Assembly: GCA_964372765.1 (NCBI GenBank)
Contig: CAYJSE010000001.1
Coordinates: forward strand, 118,790 to 182,789
Origin: an uncultured Planctomycetia bacterium
GTDB taxonomy: Bacteria > Omnitrophota > Gorgyraeia > 2-02-FULL-51-18 > CAYJSE01
DNA: 64,000 nucleotides
Direction of reading: 5' to 3'
Position 1 is the first letter of the stretch, and each line of letters begins with the position of its first letter. The position numbers were made by a program, and so were the translations under genes. Below are positions 61,328 through 64,000 of the stretch, one piece after another. Under the pieces are notes generated by a model. It searched no databases. It was given only the letters and a program-made list of their open reading frames with translations, and had not been told where the DNA came from.

Positions 61328-62136
61328 AAAAACCTCTATTTAATAAAATCTGCATCGTGGGTGTTGGACTGATTGGTGGGTCACTGGGACTCGCGATCAA
61401 GAAGCGTAAGCTGGCTAAGTTTGCGGTGGGGGTGTTTCGCCGCAAAGCGACGCTGGATAAAGCACTCGGTGTCGGGGCTGTGGATGCGGGCACGCTAGAT
61501 CTAAAGCGCGGTGTGCAGGGTGCGGACCTTGTAATTTTGGCGGGACCGGTATCGACGATTGTGGGGCAAATTAAAATTCTGGGAAAACTTCTGGATTCGA
61601 AGACAGTCGTTGTGGATGTGGGTAGTTCCAAGGCAGTGGTTGTCCAAGCGGCTAAAAAATATCTAAGAAAGAATATTTTTGTGGGTTGTCATCCCATGGC
61701 CGGTTCCGAAAAAACGGGCGTGGAATTTTCGGATTCGGATTTATTCAACGAGGCCATCTGTTTTCAGACATCCGGAAACAAGAAAATAGAAAGATTTTGG
61801 CAATCCTTGGGCGGCAAGTCCGTCGTCATTGACGCCAAAACCCACGACGCTTGGGTAGCCCAAGCCAGCCATTTACCTCACCTCGTTTCTTTTGCGATGT
61901 TTCGGCATTTTCCAAAGAACCAAAAATTTGGCATCAACCCCAGCATCCGCGACTTGGCGCGTCTATCCCAATCCGACCCTCACCTTTGGGCGGATATTCT
62001 ATTGTCCAATCAAACACAGGTTTTACTCGCTTTAAACAATTTTCAAAAAAATTTGTCCTTGTGGAATATCGCATTGCGTAGAAAAAATCACGCTGAGATC
62101 GTGCGTTTTATCCAGAAAGCTAATGAGATTCGGTAA
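61234..62136 (+). CDS. tyrA: prephenate dehydrogenase
   Basis: Rossmann 'ICIVGVGLIGGSLGLAI'. The true start is probably downstream of the ORF start, e.g. the GTG at 61357, because 61234 overlaps the DAHP synthase by 94 nt. Confidence 0.8.
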   Translation: MRRAAGAEAREVWALDGRASPDRESDWEKYLKKPLFNKICIVGVGLIGGSLGLAIKKRKLAKFAVGVFRRKATLDKALGVGAVDAGTLDLKRGVQGADLVILAGPVSTIVGQIKILGKLLDSKTVVVDVGSSKAVVVQAAKKYLRKNIFVGCHPMAGSEKTGVEFSDSDLFNEAICFQTSGNKKIERFWQSLGGKSVVIDAKTHDAWVAQASHLPHLVSFAMFRHFPKNQKFGINPSIRDLARLSQSDPHLWADILLSNQTQVLLALNNFQKNLSLWNIALRRKNHAEIVRFIQKANEIR

Positions 62137-62143
62137 GAAAAAT

Positions 62144-62941
62144 ATGCAGCGAGTGATTCGACGGGTGACGGCGGGCGGGGCGCCCCGTGGGCGCGCAGGA
62201 ACGAGCACCCATGGGGCTGCCCGCCGGCAGGACCCGTCGAATCACGAGCGTAGGACCCGTTTTCGTCGCAAACTGATCATTGCGATCGACGGTCCGGCGG
62301 GTAGCGGCAAGTCCTCCACCGCCAAGGCGCTGGCGAAGGCGCTCAAAATTCCGTTTATCGATACCGGAGCGATGTACCGGGCGGTGACGCTGAAGGCGAT
62401 GAGTGAGGGGGTGTCGTTCGCGGACAAGCCGGCCCTCGTAAAAATCGCCGAAAGAACGCGCATCGAACTGCGAGGCGCCGATCCCCACAAACAGCGCGTA
62501 TTTTTAGATGGCAAAGATGTCAGCAAAGCCATTCGTTCGCCCGAAGTAACACGCAACGTTTTTCATATCGCCCAGCTTCCGGCGATTCGTCGTGAAATGG
62601 TCCAAAAACAGCGGAGGATGGGTCTTGAGAGCGGCGGCGTGATGGAGGGGCGAGACATCGGCACCAAAGTTTTCCCGAAAGCAGATTATAAGTTTTATTT
62701 TGAAGCCAATCCTAAGATTCGCGCTCTCCGCCGCTACCGGGAGCTCATGGCCACAGGCCAAAAAGTAACCCTTCCCCGGGTGCTGGACGAGATCAAAAAA
62801 AGAGATCTTACGGATTACCGCCGTAAAGAGGGGCCGCTGCGCCGCGCAAAAGACTCCCGGCTCATCGACACGTCCTCATTGACAATCCAGGAGACTGTTG
62901 ATAAGATCCTCCGCGTTGTTCATGTCAGCCAAGCGGCATAG
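62144..62941 (+). CDS. cmk: cytidylate kinase, with uncertain start / apparent Gly-Arg-rich N-terminal extension
   Basis: Core begins 'KLIIAIDGPAGSGKSST'. The only canonical in-frame starts (ATG 62144, GTG 62153/62165) lie upstream of a structured repeat element, which would then be translated as about 40 low-complexity residues. Confidence 0.8.
   Translation: MQRVIRRVTAGGAPRGRAGTSTHGAARRQDPSNHERRTRFRRKLIIAIDGPAGSGKSSTAKALAKALKIPFIDTGAMYRAVTLKAMSEGVSFADKPALVKIAERTRIELRGADPHKQRVFLDGKDVSKAIRSPEVTRNVFHIAQLPAIRREMVQKQRRMGLESGGVMEGRDIGTKVFPKADYKFYFEANPKIRALRRYRELMATGQKVTLPRVLDEIKKRDLTDYRRKEGPLRRAKDSRLIDTSSLTIQETVDKILRVVHVSQAA
62153..62245 (+). repeat. structured GC-rich element: 13-bp inverted repeat GTGATTCGACGGG/CCCGTCGAATCAC enclosing the palindrome CGGGGCGCCCCG and the conserved 21-mer GGCTGCCCGCCGGCAGGACCC
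   Basis: Arms at 62153-62165 and 62233-62245. Palindrome at 62176-62187. 21-mer at 62215-62235, identical to 50033-50053. Confidence 0.45.
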
Positions 62942-63608
62942 AACGCCTTTTTTCTATCGGTTGGTGAAGGTTGTTCTTTTTACTTTGTATGTGATTTTGT
63001 TCCGTTTTCGGGCTACGAACGCCAACAATTTTCCGTCGGATGGGCGGGGAGTTATTTTTGCGCCCAATCACGCAAGTTTCCTCGATCCGCCAATAATTGG
63101 CATCTCAGTCAGGCATCACGTTACCTATTTAGCTAAAGAATATTTATTCAAGCCGCTTCTTTTGGGGGCGCCGCTCCGCTGGATGTGGGTGCTTCCGGTT
63201 AAAAGCCAAAATAGTGATTTTCGAAGTATGCGGGATTTGATCCGCATTTTGAAGGAAGGCCGGCAGATTGTGGTTTTCCCGGAAGGAACGCGTTCCGAAA
63301 TGGGACGGCTGAAAGAAAATCCTGAGCCGGGCGTGGGATTTCTCGCGATGAAAAGCGGCGCTCACGTGGTGCCGGTGTTCATTCGAGGCACCTACGAAGC
63401 CTGGCCCAAGGGTAAGAAATTTTTTAGATGTAAGCCGGTCACGGCTCGTTTTGGAGAGTCTTTTATACCGGCCGAGGATCCAAGATTTAAGGATCTCGAA
63501 GATCCCTACACGGCGGTGAGTCGTGAGATCATGACGCGCATCGCCGCGATTCAGGAAAAGATTTGTGGAGAGGAGAATAAAACACACAATGCAGCAACAG
63601 GGAATTAA
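62898..63608 (+). CDS. plsC: 1-acyl-sn-glycerol-3-phosphate acyltransferase
   Basis: HX4D motif 'NHASFLDPP' and the 'FPEGTRS' motif. Confidence 0.8.
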   Translation: MIRSSALFMSAKRHRTPFFYRLVKVVLFTLYVILFRFRATNANNFPSDGRGVIFAPNHASFLDPPIIGISVRHHVTYLAKEYLFKPLLLGAPLRWMWVLPVKSQNSDFRSMRDLIRILKEGRQIVVFPEGTRSEMGRLKENPEPGVGFLAMKSGAHVVPVFIRGTYEAWPKGKKFFRCKPVTARFGESFIPAEDPRFKDLEDPYTAVSREIMTRIAAIQEKICGEENKTHNAATGN

Positions 63609-64000
63609 AAGATTGCCGATGTTCGAAGATGTCGTGTCGCAGGGTGTGGACTCGTCCGTCGATTATGAGAAAACGTTCGTCGAGTTTCAAGAGGGACGCG
63701 TCATGAAGGGGCGCGTTATTTCCGTGAGCTCGAAGGAAATCATCGTGGATATCGGCTATAAGTCCGAAGGATTTGTGCCGATCGACGAATTTGACGCGGC
63801 GAATCTTCCAAGCGCGGGGGATCTTATCGACGTGCTTTTGGAGCAGGCCGAGGATGAGCATGGCCGCGTGATTCTTTCCAAGCGCAAAGTGGAGCGAAGC
63901 CAGAGCTGGGACCGCATGGTTGAAAAGTGCCATGAGGGTGACTGCGTCGAGGGTCGTGTGACCCGTAAAGTCAAAGGCGGGCTGATGCTGGATATCGGCG
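63589..64000 (+). CDS. rpsA: 30S ribosomal protein S1, N-terminal part (3' end outside window)
   Basis: ATG at 63589. The S1-domain start 'GRVMKGRVISVSSKEIIVDIGYKSEGFVPIDEF' continues to the window end. Confidence 0.85.
   Translation, partial: MQQQGIKRLPMFEDVVSQGVDSSVDYEKTFVEFQEGRVMKGRVISVSSKEIIVDIGYKSEGFVPIDEFDAANLPSAGDLIDVLLEQAEDEHGRVILSKRKVERSQSWDRMVEKCHEGDCVEGRVTRKVKGGLMLDIG

Overview
The window is a densely packed, high-GC bacterial chromosomal segment. All of the roughly 65 protein-coding genes lie on the + strand, and many adjacent pairs overlap by 1-20 nt (ATGA/GTGA-type stop-start overlaps). There are no rRNA, tRNA or CRISPR features, and the long minus-strand ORFs are shadow ORFs of the plus-strand genes.

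Gene content, in order:
- Housekeeping genes: metG (5' truncated), iscS-like, tatD, a CPBP membrane protease, thiL, tsaE and tsaB, alr.
- Branched-chain operon ilvB-ilvH-ilvC-leuA.
- Aromatic operon aroE-pilD-aroC-aroK.
- dprA.
- A topA gene whose reading frame begins with a complete ThiS-like sulfur-carrier domain.
- A xerC/D-family recombinase.
- A large LPS inner-core, Kdo and heptose cluster: waaA, lpxK, an LpxL-like acyltransferase fused to an ELM1-like domain, a GT4-GT9 fusion, a deacetylase, a GT9, a tandem GT9-GT9, a DUF3108-like protein, a heptose-7-P kinase, kdsB, pyrG, kdsA, kdsD, kdsC, an LptC/A-like protein and lptB.
- hpf, tig, clpP, a class-V aminotransferase, serA, purA, uppS, cdsA, dxr, rseP.
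- proS, rimP, nusA, infB, trpS, scpA, scpB.
- pheA, hisC, a DAHP synthase with an N-terminal regulatory domain, tyrA, cmk, plsC and the start of rpsA.

The one clearly accessory region is a lower-GC islet of about 3.2 kb (about 46895-50082) inserted between rseP and proS. It carries a HigB(Gp49-like)/HigA(XRE) toxin-antitoxin pair with a promoter-overlapping operator palindrome, a DNA methyltransferase (FxGxG then SPPY order) and a 266-aa partner protein with no recognisable family. I treat that partner as a candidate restriction nuclease or novel effector, and it is the most plausible place for an undescribed defence component.

Other points worth a second look:
- The in-frame ThiS-TopA fusion.
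- A conserved 21-nt motif (GGCTGCCCGCCGGCAGGACCC) nested in different inverted repeats upstream of proS and inside the apparent 5' end of cmk.
- Unusual domain fusions and duplications in the LPS core glycosyltransferase block.

All coordinates come from reading the sequence and the ORF track. No database searches were run.
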